The notes beneath the pieces are model-generated. The model did no database searches. It saw nothing but the letters and a program-made list of their open reading frames with translations, and was not told the origin of the DNA. The translations under genes were made by a program, and so were the position numbers. 64,000 nucleotides of DNA from Anthoceros angustus (taxonomy: Eukaryota; Plantae; Anthocerotophyta): the NCBI GenBank assembly GCA_010909165.1, contig MU008158.1, positions 2,133,478-2,197,477 on the forward strand, in the 5' to 3' direction. Positions 11,136 to 22,636 of the stretch are shown in pieces; the stretch's first letter is position 1; every line of letters begins with the position of its first letter.

Positions 11136-14100
11136 TCAATGCCGGTCACCACATAAACAAGACCCATCGATAAAGCGGTGCACCCGGTGGGCGTCTCTAA
11201 CTATGATTTCTCGTTTCTCCAGCCGAGACATGATCTTGGTGCTACTGTGGCAGTCGTCGCACATGCGCAGATTCTTGGTAACTAGCAGAGGAGTGCCAGC
11301 TGGGGTATTTAGAAGACCATATGCCAATGCAAGTTTTTCTGCATGCCCACATAATGCATCTACCTTCTGGCTGTCAGTCATAGACTTCAACACCAGCTCT
11401 TTCTTGGGCACATGGCCTCCCTCGTCCCTCACCTTCATGTTCATGGTTCTCAGGCCGGATGAAATATCAGCCCTACTTTCACCCACCGTGAACTCATGCA
11501 CTACGTTCTTCACTTCAATGCAAGCCTTCGCAGGCTTCTTCCAGGCTCCAGCAGCCTTTCTCAACATTTCTATTTCCTCCACATCCTCCCACCTGCCAGC
11601 AATGGCATATGTATAACCCAGGAGCACATATGCGGACGCATTGTCAGGCTCCAATTCAACCAGCCGGTCAAAACATCGTTTTGCCCGCACGACGTCACCA
11701 TGGTTCTTACAGGCACTCAGCAGAGATGTCCAACCAGCTGCACTACTTTCATATGGCATAGTCAGCAACAGGTTTTCTGCCTCATCTAATTGGCCAGAGC
11801 GTGCAAACAGGTCTACCATGCAAACATAGTGTTTGACAGTTGGCATGATGCCATTTTCATTCATCAGTAAGAAGTATCGCTGCCCATCAGTGATCCGGCC
11901 CGCGTGACTGCATGCCACTAGAAGACTCGTGAAGATCGCATCATCAAGCTTGACCCCGTGCTGCCGCATCTCATCGAAAAAATCCATGGCCACTTGGGCA
12001 TCACCATGTTCGGCATAGCCATTCAGCAGAGCGGTCCATGTCACTGCATCTTTCACGGACAATGTATCAAACACTCGCCGAGCTTCATCTAGGTCTGCGC
12101 ACTTCGCATACATATCCACCAAGCAGCTGCCGATAACCACATCAGATTCTAGACCTCGTTCCCGAACTTCGGCATGAAGCTGCTTTCCCTGATGCAACGC
12201 ACCGACAGAGGCACATGCTTGCAGAAGACAGATAATTGTGACATTATTAGCTGGAGTCATGCCATCCTCTAGCATTCGTGCATACAGAGCCAGGGCTTCC
12301 TGACCCATTCCCTGCTGTGCATATCCTGCAATAATAGAAGTCCATGTCACCACATCTCTTGTAAACAACGCATCAAACACTCTGCGAGCATCCTCTAAAC
12401 TGCCGAATTTTGCATACATGTCCACCAGGCAACTGCCAACAACCACATCAGCCTCCAGCCCTGCTTCCTGAATTTCTAAATGAAGCTTCCTGCCCTCAAG
12501 CACAGCTCCAGTGCTGGCACAAGCTTTCAAGAGGGATGCGTATGTTACGTGATCGGCTGAGATAATGCCTTCCTGCCGCATACAATCATAAAGGTCAAGG
12601 GCTTCTCGACCCATTTCCTGCTGTGCATACCCTGAGATCATGACGTTCCAGGTCACCACATCTCTTGTAGGCAGTCTGTCAAACACTTGACGAGCATCCA
12701 GTAAACTTCCACACTTTGCATACAGGTCCACTAGGCAACTGCCAATAAACACATCAGCTTGCAGGCCTTTCTTTTGGACCTCTGCATGAAGCTGCTTCCT
12801 GATGCAACGCACCGACAGAGGCACATGCTTGCAGAAGACAGATAATTGTGACATTATTAGCTGGAGTCATGCCATCCTCTAGCATTCGTGCATACAGAGC
12901 CAGGGCTTCCTGACCCATTCCCTGCTGTGCATATCCTGCAATAATAGAAGTCCATGTCACCACATCTCTTGTAAACAACGCATCAAACACTCTGCGAGCA
13001 TCCTCTAAACTGCCGAATTTTGCATACATGTCCACCAGGCAACTGCCAACAACCACATCAGCCTCCAGCCCTGCTTCCTGAATTTCTAAATGAAGCTTCC
13101 TGCCCTCAAGCACAGCTCCAGTGCTGGCACAAGCTTTCAAGAGGGATGCGTATGTTACGTGATCGGCTGAGATAATGCCTTCCTGCCGCATACAATCATA
13201 AAGGTCAAGGGCTTCTCGACCCATTTCCTGCTGTGCATACCCTGAGATCATGACGTTCCAGGTCACCACATCTCTTGTAGGCAGTCTGTCAAACACTTGA
13301 CGAGCATCCAGTAAACTTCCACACTTTGCATACAGGTCCACTAGGCAACTGCCAATAAACACATCAGCTTGCAGGCCTTTCTTTTGGACCTCTGCATGAA
13401 GCTGCTTACCCTGCTCCAATGCTTTGATGCTAGCACACGCTTTGAGCAGGCACATATAAGTTACAAGGTTGGGTTGCATAGAGCTGTCCTCTTGCATACT
13501 TGCATAAAGACTGAGGGCCTCTTGACCCAGCCCATGCTGAGCATAAGCTGTGATCATAGCATTCCATATCACCACATCTTTTGCTGGTAAACTGTCAAAA
13601 ACTCTGCGAGCATCCTGTAAGCTCCCGCACTTAGAATACATGTCTACCAAGCAGCTTCCCACGTACACGTTGGGTTCAACTTTACTCTTCGACATATCAG
13701 CATGGACTTCCTTCCCAGAGACCAAATCTGCTGCACCAGCACACGCTTTGAGGACAGCCACAAAAACATAGCTGTTCGGCTTCACCGCTGACTCTCGCCG
13801 CATTTGTCGATAGAGACCTATAGCTTGCACGAACTGGCCATGTTGAGCATGCGCTAAAATAATGGACTCCCACGTATGGTTGTCTGGTGCAGGCACCTTA
13901 CTGAAGACCTGGTTTGCCTCCTCCAACCTCCCATGCGAAGTATACATCCGTATGAGATGATTGGCAACGAATGCATCTGAATCATACCCACCCTGACCAG
14001 CAAGGGCGTGGATACGATTGCCAAGAACCAGATCCCTTTCTTCCATGCATCTCTTCAGCAGCCGACTGAAGACAGAGGTATCAACAGAGGATTTCACCTG

Positions 14101-14880
14101 CACCAGTTGGTCCAACGCCTCAACGGCATCCACTAGCTCTCCCTCCCAGCAAAGTCCTCGCGAGCCTTCATCCTCTGAATTCCCACTCAACCCAACTCCC
14201 AGTTCATCCAGCTTGGCGAGCTTCGTGTCCACCCAAGCAGGCTTGTGCGAGTTGTCCAGCCACAAACCCACCTTTGTCCTCTTGTGCTTGAAATCAGGAT
14301 GACGAGGGCTCCTCTTCTCTTTCCTATTGTCCCACCAGAGCGCAGGCTCGGAGAATAAGTCCTGCCACAAGAGCTCGTCTCGGCCTTCCTGCTCAACGGA
14401 CGAGGGTGAAGCTGCAGCATTGCCATTCCCAGACGACCTCTCTCCCACAGCTCCTGCTCTATGCCACCGCTTACTCCGACCTCCCCCTTGAGCATCCCAC
14501 GAAGCTAGCTGCGAATCCACCCACGCAGGCTTGTCTGCATTGTCCAGCCACAGTGCCTGCTGGAATGTCTTGTGCCTGAAGTCAGGATGGCGAGAGCTTC
14601 TCTTCTCCTGCCTGTTATCCCACCACTGAGTGGAACTTTTGAAGAATCCTCGCCACAAAACCTCCGGCACCTCGTTCTGCGCAACTCCTCCTTTGCCGTT
14701 CTTCAGTCCAGGAAACGCTGCGTGTATCTCACAACGACCCACACTTCCAGCCTTGCCTGGCGGGCAACTTGGGTACACGAATCCGCCATTAAATCCCACC
14801 CTCTTCTCGCCTGCATTTTCTGTCAGTGGGAAATTCGACGGCAACGCATCAACAGCAAAGCGTTGCTGCTTGACCGCCAT
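11136..14880 (-). CDS. PLS-class PPR protein with E1/E2 and DYW:KP (DRH-ending) domain and two N-terminal OSB-like PDF motifs; putative organellar U-to-C editing factor; split by a 610-bp duplication
   Basis: P-L-S triplets. WKKPAKACIEV (KP box) replaces the PG box. HAEKLA and CDDCH provide the Zn ligands. C-terminus is GSCLCGDRH. WWDNR..K...HPDF.HK...LWLD occurs twice. Removing one duplicate copy joins ORFs 12754..14898 and 11136..12854 in frame. Confidence 0.93.
12188..13407. repeat. 610-bp essentially identical tandem duplication inside the PPR gene (two PLS triplets) causing a frameshift
   Basis: 12191 gatgcaacgcaccgacagag equals 12801, and 12781 tctgcatgaagctgctt equals 13391. The offset is 610. 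Confidence 0.95.
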
Positions 14881-15119
14881 TCTCCCAGGACCTGGCAAGC
14901 CAGACAGGCAAAGGAAACGCTCGACATGTATGTGGTATCCGAATTATGTACATCAGGAATTCGCCCGGTACATACCTACATACTTAGGTGTGTATGACAA
15001 CAGCACACAGATTTGTGAAGAAATAAAACGCTTTTCTATTTCTAGGGCTTGCTTGCTGCTCTTCACATCCGGTGTGTGAGCTCGATTCCGGGCGGGAGCG
15101 TAATCCGAGCTTGGGCGCC

Positions 15120-15835
15120 ATGAACGTGGAGCGGGAAGGAAGGGGCAGGGAGCAGCAGCAGCAGGCGGCGGAGGATGTCGGGGAGTTCTATGTCCGCTAC
15201 TACGTTGGCCACAAGGGCAAGTTCGGGCACGAGTTCCTCGAGTTCGAGTTCCGGCCCGATGGCAAGCTGCGCTACGCCAACAACTCCAACTATAAGAACG
15301 ACACAATGATCCGGAAGGAGGTTTTCCTCACCCACGCGGCCTTGCGGGAGTGCCGGCGGATCATCGCCGACAGCGAGGTTGGTCAATCTGTCTTCTTCTC
15401 TGCTTCTGGTTTGCTACATATCTGCACTCTAGGGTAAGCTTCAACGTGTGGCGCTGGGTTGGTGCAGCTCATGAAGGAGGACGACAACAACTGGCCTGAG
15501 CCTGACAGGGTCGGTCGCCAAGAGCTGGAGATCGTAATGGGGAATGAGCACATCTCTTTCACCACATCCAAGATCGGCTCCCTCTTGGACGTGCAGAGTA
15601 GCAAGGATCCTGAGGGTTTGCGAATATTTTACTACCTTGTGCAGGTTTGTGGCCGTTCTATGGTTGTTTTGCTCTGTGATATTGGGAGAAGCAAAGTGGA
15701 GGTTGTACTGCAGAACGTAATGTTTATTGTGGTAGCGAAGACCTTTTCCTTCCCTAACTCCAGCTGCATTTGCAGGACTTGAAGTGCTTCGTCTTCTCGC
15801 TCATCGGCCTTCATTTCAAGATTAAGCCGATATAG
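15120..15835 (+). CDS. MAGO: Mago nashi (exon junction complex core), 3 exons: 15120-15377, 15468-15644, 15776-15835
   Basis: [45 protein letters not shown]; [38 protein letters not shown]; [19 protein letters not shown]. Confidence 0.98.
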
Positions 15836-16389
15836 GACAATGGATTTGCAGGGCTTGTGTTTCTTTTTTCAGTAACGAACACGGGCTTGTGTTGGCCTGC
15901 CTCGCAGCATTTTACCTGTAACATGTTAGTTTCAGTATCCAATGATGCCTTGCGAGTGCTTCTTTTGGTTCTTGTGTCCGAAGCACCCGAGAGTTAGATG
16001 CTATCATAGTCGGATGACGTTTAAGTCCCGACCCGAGGTTGTCGGGGTCAAGGACAGCTTGAAGCTTGAACTGCTTTGAAGCATAACAAGTACCAATCAG
16101 ATTCACCTAGAAGAAGTCATGACTGTATTTTAACATTCTGCGCAGCTACAGTCTCTGCATTACACCCTTATGTTCAGTTCTTCCCAGGCAAAGCATGAAG
16201 AAGCAATTCGCAAGTCGCAGCAGGATGGAAGCGTCTTACTTGCCATTGCTTTGAAAAGCAAACGCGGCGGATCATCAAACGTTATTGCATCCACTGGTGT
16301 AACGATAGTCCAGAGGGAAAAAATGGTGGAACGACAGAAAGCTGACTGTTGTAAGACACAAAAACATATTTCACATTGACGGCATGCAC

Positions 16390-18942
16390 CTATCCTCCCG
16401 AGTGTGCAACGGGAGTGGTGACAAACTGGCCATTTTGATAAACGTTGAGAAACTGCTCTGGCAATGCGAGCTCCACCTGCAGCACCAGAGTCAAAAGTGA
16501 TGAGGCAACACAAGACAGGAAGGTATTCAGCAGTATCGATAGTCGATCAACATACCAGGTCAGCGTCTTCAGTGGCACCAGGAACCAGCACATTGATTTC
16601 ACTTGACTTGGCGGTGGTGATTGATGCACTCAGAGATGTCTGACTAAGGTACAGTTGGCAGCCATTGGTGTTATCCACCGCAATGGTTGGCGCAGTGCCC
16701 TGGTATGCCAAAACCAGAGTAAGAGGAGGATAAGGCAGAAGCCAAGTGCCACCAAATTAGCTTCTACATGCATACACAGACTGAAGAACAGACCTGACAT
16801 TGCACCTCCACACAGTACATGCATTCACAGACTGAGGAACACACCTGACATTGCACCTCCACACTGGTCGAATTCACGATTTCACAAGCAGCGACAACAT
16901 CCTGCAGTCAGAGCACATGAGGGTCAAGGCAGATAGAACCCCGAGTCTGAGGCACAACTAGCTCGTGGTGAGCAGAATGTGTACCTGGAACACCAGTCCA
17001 GATTTGGAGCACTTGTCGATTGTTATGTTGTTCACTTTGCCTGTTTCCCAAACAAGAGCACGTTAGCCAGTTGGCGCGAAACGATGGGACAGAGGGCAAC
17101 TCAACAATCCTTGAGAAGATCTGGCGTACTGACCTTTCACCTGGATGACTGAATTTTTGCATGCATAGACGTATACAGACTGCCGGGGATTGCAGTTCTC
17201 TATGACAATGCTCTTATTGCCATCTTGATACTCAACAACCCACCTGAAAATGCGAAGCCCACCACCACCATGTGCAAATCCAACACGTCAGCTCAGACCC
17301 TATTGTTAGACATTCGTCCAGAACTTGACTTCCGAACTGAGACAAGTTACCCACTTGCGTTCTTGTTGCAGTTCGAACTTAGGAGTTCCTATTCGAGCAG
17401 ACACAGCAGAAAGCCCATTTCCCCCATCCTTTCCCGGAGTTGCGGGTCCAGCAGGCACCGCACCCGACCGGTCTGCCCGGTTTTTGGTCTTCATGTCATC
17501 AGTCACTTTCCTCAGCCCTGAAAACGGTAGAAGTTCAGCACGGATGCACACTCGTCCCCTACTCAAATCAATGCCGAGAAAGCTTCAGCACCTGAGGTCA
17601 CTGCCTCCCCCTTATTAAGTTCCTGGAAGATTGCATTCATGGTTGGCTTGTTGCCGTTGGCACCATTAGAGCCGGATGGTGGCGGAACCCCTACTGGCGG
17701 AGGTGGTGGCGGCAAAGGTGCCTTCGGTGGAGGTGGCGGTGCCGGACTGGCCCTCTTCTGAGTATCTGAGCCACCACCAGCGTAAAATTGCGCCACTTCA
17801 ATTCCCGAAGGGTTCCAAGCTGGTCCTGTTGTGTGATACTTCTTCACGTAGTCCTTGAGCCGAACCGTGAACAGAGACTTGATAGACTTCGCCCAATCTG
17901 TCTGGTTCTCATCTTTACCTCGAAACTCCATAAGCACCTGCGCACGAGGAGCACTACTGAAGTTCCCCCGAATGCAAAATGATCTACACAGCCGACCGGC
18001 AGTTGCAGTGCACTTGCACCCCTCAGTTGTGTGCAAACGAGGAAACAAAAAGCCCGCCCAACCTTGTTGTTGTAGAACTCAGCCGCTTGCCAGCTCTCAT
18101 CCACATGAGGTCCGGGCAAGCTGAGACCTGGTTCAGAGAAACTGGTGAGCGGTACTTGGCCCCTGGCTCATGAGAAACCACTGCAATGGACGGGGTTGGT
18201 AACGCACCGCAGTCCTTCCCTGTGTAGACAACCCACGAGAGAGCCGACATACTTTCTTGCACAGTCTTCAGATGGTTATACGCATCGGTCCTCCTTCCTT
18301 CCGTCAGATTGAAAGCCTTGGTGATCACGCCGGCAAGCGGCTTGATCAGCTGTTGCAAGTTCTGGAGATCCGGTTGCTGCAGTGCCAACAAGCGCAATCA
18401 GTCACGTTCGGTAAACAGCTCCCTACAGCTCATAAACCCACGCAAGGATCCACACCCCAAAACCCCGAAATCCGCATTCTTCACGATCCGCACTCGCCCA
18501 ACAAGACCCAGATCCCGAACCACCCAATCCCGCATTCCATCCATTGAACGAGGCAAGCACCGATCAAGCGACCGACCTTGCATTGCGAAATGGCCCTGAC
18601 GATGCCGTACTCGGCCACAAACGCCTCCTGCAGCAGCTTGGTGGCCACCAGCACCTGCCCCCCGATCTTTTCCGCCACAGCCACGAGACGCGCCACGCCG
18701 AAGTCGGTGGACTCCAGCAGCTCCCGGAAGGCCAGCACGGAGGGAGCATCCCCCGAGGAGGAAGCGGAGGGCGACGGCACGGGAAGCGGTGCCGGGACGG
18801 GCGCAGGCAAGGGCGCTCCGCCGCCGGATCTGGGCGGGGAGGAGGAATTGTAGAGAATCCTGGGGTCCAGCCTCTCCAAGCGCTGCACGGCCGCCTCCAG
18901 GCGGGCCACCAGGCCCGCTAGGGCCAACTCCTGCTCCGCCAT
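16390..18942 (-). CDS. CAP1: Adenylyl cyclase-associated protein (CAP/Srv2), multi-exon
   Basis: N-terminal LVARLEAAVQRLE (RLE motif), AEKIGGQV, NHLKTVQESMSALSWV, AAEFYNNK, YVKKYHTTGPAWN, poly-Pro region, AIFQELNKGEAVTSGL, C-terminal ALPEQF...FVTTPVAHSGG*. Confidence 0.95.
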
Positions 18943-19649
18943 CGCTCTCACTCGTCTCAATGTGCCTGCCACTGCCTGCTCCCTGCTCCCTGCTCGCAAG
19001 AAGCACACCAATTCGTCGGCTCCAACACGTCGGTGTCGCCGCCCAGCACACTCACTTACTTGGCGGTGCCGCTACTCGCTCGCCGCAATTGGCGGCTCCT
19101 CGATCCTACCCGCTTTGCATCGGCAGCATTGCATGCTCACCGCTGGCCCCACACCGCCTGTGAAGAGTATGTACATACCTCGCTGCTTAATGCTCCAGTC
19201 GCGCATCGCGTTTCAGCAATTATAATGTCTACATCAACCTTGCATCCAGAGAGACTTTCCTCCTCCCGACGAAATGTGGAAGCAATTAGGTACCTATTAA
19301 GTAGAAAGATTTTTTAGTTAACTTAAGACTGTACACCTAGGTACAGAAATTTCGGAGTTCAATTCAATTTTTAATATTCTTATCTTGGATATATAGTTAT
19401 GGAGTAATATATTAATCAGAGTCTCCATGAGTTAATCAAACTCAACGTAGAAAACCAAGGGCAGCAGTGGCCAGGCGGTAGACTACCATCATTTCTTTTC
19501 CTTAGAGTAAGTGTTATTGTTATAACAAGTCACATTGCGTACAACAAGTGAGCGCTCGTTATTCTGCATCTTAATTAAAGTATGGATTGGCTGATCTTGT
19601 TCACATAATTATAATGAAGATTGCATGCGTTTTCATTCGCCCAAGACGA

Positions 19650-21474
19650 CGCTCTTCGGTTCCGGTGTCCAATATGGGCTCGTCAACAAGCCCATACCAT
19701 AGCTCCTTTCGGATGCCCATATCGACATGATCTTCCAATGCCCCATGACCCATACCCCATGTCCTAAGTCACCGCGATACCCTGATGTGTCACGGTGTGC
19801 ATCCATGAGACTTGAGCCAAAGTGATGTCTCAAGAAAATTGGCTATTTGTCGCTTAATCATGTCGTGCTTTGTGCAGAATCTGGACCGGGCCAAGAAGGC
19901 CCGCTGTCAAACCGTTACTTGGCTGGATACCAACTACATATTTATCCTTATAGACTCAAATACCCATCCACTCACCCAAGATACTCTTCAGTGGTTCTCT
20001 CCTACCTCCGTGGCTGGTCAGTTCCACACAAACGTCCCATGGTTGTAATAGTCCCTTTGTTGCCAACAACGCCTCCGTCTATTATCAGGCCTCCTCCACT
20101 TTTGCAAGAGGAAGCCGATGGGCAGGAGGATATGGAGGCTTATGGGGTTTCGTTAGTTCAATTTTATGGTCCACTATCCGTGATGGAGGCAAACCGGGGG
20201 ACAAGCCCTGCGCTACTACATCCTGGAATTCAAATAACAATTTCTGAATTTGAGGATGTGTCTTGGCCTTACTTGTAACAATTTCTGAATTTGAGGATGT
20301 GTCTTGGCCTTACTTGTATTTGTGTCTCCAATTGGGGTTAACGTTATAGCTTCCCTCGCTAGGAAGGTGGTCGCGCCACTCTTCGCTTTCCTAACCTCCT
20401 TCGAGAATTTATGTTGGGTAAGTATCTGCACATGCACGCCCTCCACCATCCCATGCTTGTCAGGCTCCAGCTGTATTCGATGTTCCCTGCCTTGATGTGA
20501 GACCAACATCACCTTCTGTTCCCACTAGATCTGAGGGTTTAGGGCGGATTCGCATGAACCCACTTCCGGCTCTGTTCCGTAAGATTTTTAACGTGGCAGG
20601 GCGTCCTCATGTAAAGTAGCAAACCGAACCCGGAACTTTTCGCAGCAGGTCTCTGGTGTCTTCACACACGGGATTGAAGACATAAGCATGGCATTCTCGG
20701 CCGGTGCTCCATTGCTTCGAAATGGAGAGTCTCTACCATTGCTTGAAATGGAGAGTCTGCTACCATTGCTTGGAGGTCTCCTTGCAATAATTGATTCCTT
20801 TAATGCCATTGCTTTAAGGCCTCATCGTTGTAATTGCAGGTGACGGTCGACAAATGGTTCTTCTCCACTTGATGTAGATGCCCAATTCGAAGAATTAGAG
20901 ACCGTGTTGCACTCTTTACAGTATAATATCACAATGCTTCTAGCTCACTTGCAGCGTGTATCTCTCACCGAATGCTTCATGGGGTGCGATGCAGTATTAC
21001 ATTGCCGAGAGTGGATGGGCTTTTTTCCCTTCACCACAGAGAGTCTCACTTCTCCTGACACTGGCGGGCAGACCATAGACAATGCCTTTGATGACCAGTC
21101 CGGTAATGTTGTGGAGGAAGAAGCAAATCCTTGTGGTCGCTCCATCTTCCACTCCTAGGTTATCAAGAAGAATTGGTGCAAGTCATGAGCTCCTCTCAAA
21201 ATCGTGAGACTCGCGAGACAGGAGCTCCTCGCGAGATGTGAATTTGCAGATCTCGGTATTGAAGACCCAAAATGAACACCGGCTATACCCGGTCTGGATC
21301 ACGTCGTAGCTTCTTTCCGAGAACCGATTAAAACCACCTAAAAGCCCCCTCAGTAAACATAGGCGGGCCTTCCGTATGCTAATGATGGTCTCATGGCGGG
21401 CCCTTTTTCCGCCAAAATATCATTCCGGAAGCGGAGGTGCCCACATGCGAATCTGCCCTTATTATGCCCTCCAA
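19650..21474 (-). mobile_element. Highly degenerate Ty3/gypsy pol remnant (post-protease and RT region), left part
   Basis: Minus-strand EHRIQLEP (~20480), typical of the gypsy pre-RT linker, and faint RT-like fragments at 19650-20050. Colinear with the protease on the far side of the MULE. Confidence 0.4.
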
Positions 21475-21778
21475 GCCAGGCGCTAATGGTCACTGTGCTC
21501 TTAATGCGAGCACGGAAACCAAAGCGCCAACTCACCATGGTGAGCATGTCACATCGCAGCGGTCATGCCATGCTTTCATCTACTCTCCCGTTCGGCGCGA
21601 CAGCATTTCGCGCGCCCGTCACTGCTTCACTATAGCTATATCGTATGTACTATGTATTGTACTCATATGTCTACGTATTTCTGAACCCGTCTTTAGTTTG
21701 AAGAAGTGCAAACTCTGAAAGTGCCCTATCCCGCCATAGCGAGGCCGCTCCATAGCTGGCCGTGACCGAACTTGCGTA

Positions 21779-22525
21779 ATGAAGCTCGACTTGAACACGG
21801 TGGTCGCTCGGTTGGAGGAGGACGAGCCTACCAGCTAGCTTTTGTGCCTCTGCGCATCAACGCCTGATTACGATAGAGGCTCACATGTCTATAGAGGTTG
21901 CGTGAAATGTTTCATTGGTATCTCGCCGGGAGGGTGGTGTAAAAAATGTAAGGCTGTTGTGAATGGGCAAATGCAATACTCTTCGACTCCTCCTTGCGAT
22001 TCCGGTTGTGAGGCATGGGCGGCATTCACTCTTGGTAGAGATTTTATTAGGCTCACGGCTGAAGAGTTTAGCTTGAAGGAATTACGAGGAGAAGGTACAG
22101 AAGTCTTGGACCGGCTGCTGCACAAGAGTTTCCTGTGCCTCTTCTCCATCAAAAAGGCGTCAAGTCGACACCCTTCCAGCATCATCATTATAAGGGCTGA
22201 TGCAGTCTACATTCAGGAATTGTTCCCTGACCTTGGTGTGATGGACAACATAGCCAAGAATTTGCCACAATTCTGCACAGCTGCACAGACGCCTCTAATG
22301 CAAACAATTTCAGCTTTTCATGCGGACACAAATGAGTGCAGAGCCTCTGAAGACCTTGTGAGCAAACATGTGAACAAGCCTTTGTCAATTGTTGTGCCTC
22401 TTGTCGTTTGTTGTTCTCTGTCTATGGTTGTAACTATTGTGCTGGTTTCACTTCCAGCAAAGAGTCTTGCTGCGATATGTCTCGTAGTTTCTCTTGCAGC
22501 AATTATAGTGTTCAAGGTTTTGTAA
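21779..22525 (+). pseudogene. MULE second gene: RPA70 C-terminal (Rep_fac-A_C)/DDIAS-like zinc-ribbon OB-fold protein; in-frame TAG at 21836-21838
   Basis: ATG lies 4 nt inside TIR-L and is in frame with ORF 21842..22525. Sequence VYRGCVKCFIGI..WCKKC...QY....DSGCEAWAAF..G..FIRLTAEEF...LLHKSFLCLFSIKK follows the DBD-C pattern. Confidence 0.62.
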
Positions 22526-22636
22526 GCGGTCAAAGACACGAGCTGTCCAACGTAAATTACAAAGTGCCAAGTACAGTTGGTTCTCAATTCATGTCTTATG
22601 TGTCCATGTATCACAAATAGGCTTGGCATGCATTCC

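Noticed and set aside
21836-21838. Idea that in-frame stops here and at 51698 are repaired by U-to-C editing
   Set aside because: PPR-mediated reverse editing is organellar and these loci are nuclear. Ordinary C-to-T or G-to-A decay explains the stops.
21779-22525. Helitron as the carrier of the RPA-like ORF
   Set aside because: No Rep/helicase coding sequence and no TC...hairpin-CTRR ends were found. The ORF starts directly at the MULE TIR.
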